NCBI GenBank assembly: GCA_001179505.1
Contig: CDMY01000803.1
Coordinates: forward strand, 1-19,089
DNA length: 19,089 nucleotides
Direction of reading: 5' to 3'
From: Vitrella brassicaformis CCMP3155
Lineage: Eukaryota; Protista; Chromerida
Below the pieces are notes generated by a model, which was given only the letters and a program-made list of their open reading frames with translations, did no database searches and was not told where the DNA came from. Shown here piece after piece: positions 18,371 to 19,089 of this stretch (the first letter of the stretch is position 1; each line of letters opens with the position of its first letter). Position numbers and translations under genes: made by a program.

Positions 18371-18388
18371 TTCACGGCAGATGCACCA
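18371..18388 (-). promoter_or_regulatory. Primer binding site, tRNA-Gly(GCC)-like
   Basis: Minus strand TGGTGCATCTGCCGTGAA lies 4 nt after ...GTAACA and fits the complement of a tRNA 3' end (CCA, discriminator A, 7-bp acceptor arm, T-arm). Confidence 0.7.
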
Positions 18389-18392
18389 GGAA

Positions 18393-19089
18393 TGTTACGG
18401 TGCTCGCGCTGCTTCGTGTCTGTCGTCCCTCTCAGCGAGCGGGTCTTAGTGGAGAATGCTGTGGGAGGATGTGATGTGAGGTGAAGGACGCAAGACGTCT
18501 TGTCGTTGAGTGTGAGTCTGAGGTGCAGAATCAATCAAGATGGATGTCCGCACCCACACAGGGATGCTGGGAAGGACTGCCCAATGCTTATTCAAGCAAC
18601 AAACGAAGAAACGAAACAACACAGAAGTCAGCCAGTCGGAATAAGGGGAGGCGCAATGGCAAAAGAAGAGCTCGCGCAGGCGTTCTGTCGCTGTGGCTCG
18701 CCCTCTCCGAGCCGTTTTGTCTCCCCCTGCCGCCAGAGTCTGTTTTACGGGCAGAAGGCGCCCCAACTCATCGCGGCACCAGCACACCCTGGCAGAATGG
18801 GTCCCGTGCGTATATGTGTATATTATGGTGATGTACTCATGTGATTGGCTGCTTGTTGCTTTGGTGGCTCAGAGGGCGCTCATTTTTCTACTTCCCCCTT
18901 CTGGCTTCGGTACACTTGCCATGGCTCTTGCTGGGCGACAGCGCTCGTTCTTGTGTATGTAGCCGGAATCGGTGTTTGTCAACGCTCTATAAGGCAGCCA
19001 GTGCTCTCTGTTGCCATCTGTTTGTCCGCCGGTGCCAGTGTAGGGAGGGGTAGACAGGCCGTGTGCATGCTTTGCATGTACATGCTGCT
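18393..19089 (-). repeat. 5' LTR (inner end defined, outer end not found)
   Basis: Minus strand ends ...ccGTAACA at 18393, next to the PBS. No matching TGTTAC outer end or second LTR in the window. Confidence 0.55.

Larger units (their letters stand above)
16458..19089 (-). mobile_element. Ty3/Gypsy-type LTR retrotransposon, 5' half (LTR, PBS, gag, start of pol frame), 3'-truncated at the TIR element
   Basis: LTR-type end GTAACA, PBS, capsid + CCHC gag and -1 frameshift signal occur in the correct order. No RT, RNase H or integrase in window. Confidence 0.85.

Overview
Eukaryotic, GC-rich genomic DNA with short GT-AG introns and TG/TGTC microsatellites. The style suggests a chromerid alveolate such as Vitrella, but this is inference only. 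Left to right: (1) a decayed retroelement-like ORF (2-2409) that begins with half a RING finger and ends in the conserved pre-RT segment of R2/CRE-type non-LTR elements; (2) an ~8 kb multi-exon gene (2957-11040, +) encoding signal peptide + LRRs + Cys-rich repeats + ~9 TM segments with a TRP/FLC-like motif, including a duplicated LRR exon module and three micro-exons; (3) a small spliced polyQ gene on the minus strand; (4) decayed coding remnants; (5) an AT-rich TIR-bounded element with duplicated left ends around a 300-N gap; (6) the 5' half of a Ty3/Gypsy LTR retrotransposon (-) with an LTR end, a tRNA-Gly-like PBS, intact gag and a complete-looking -1 frameshift signal (G GGA AAC + H-type pseudoknot), truncated by the TIR element. 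All gene models were built by hand, without expression data or database searches.
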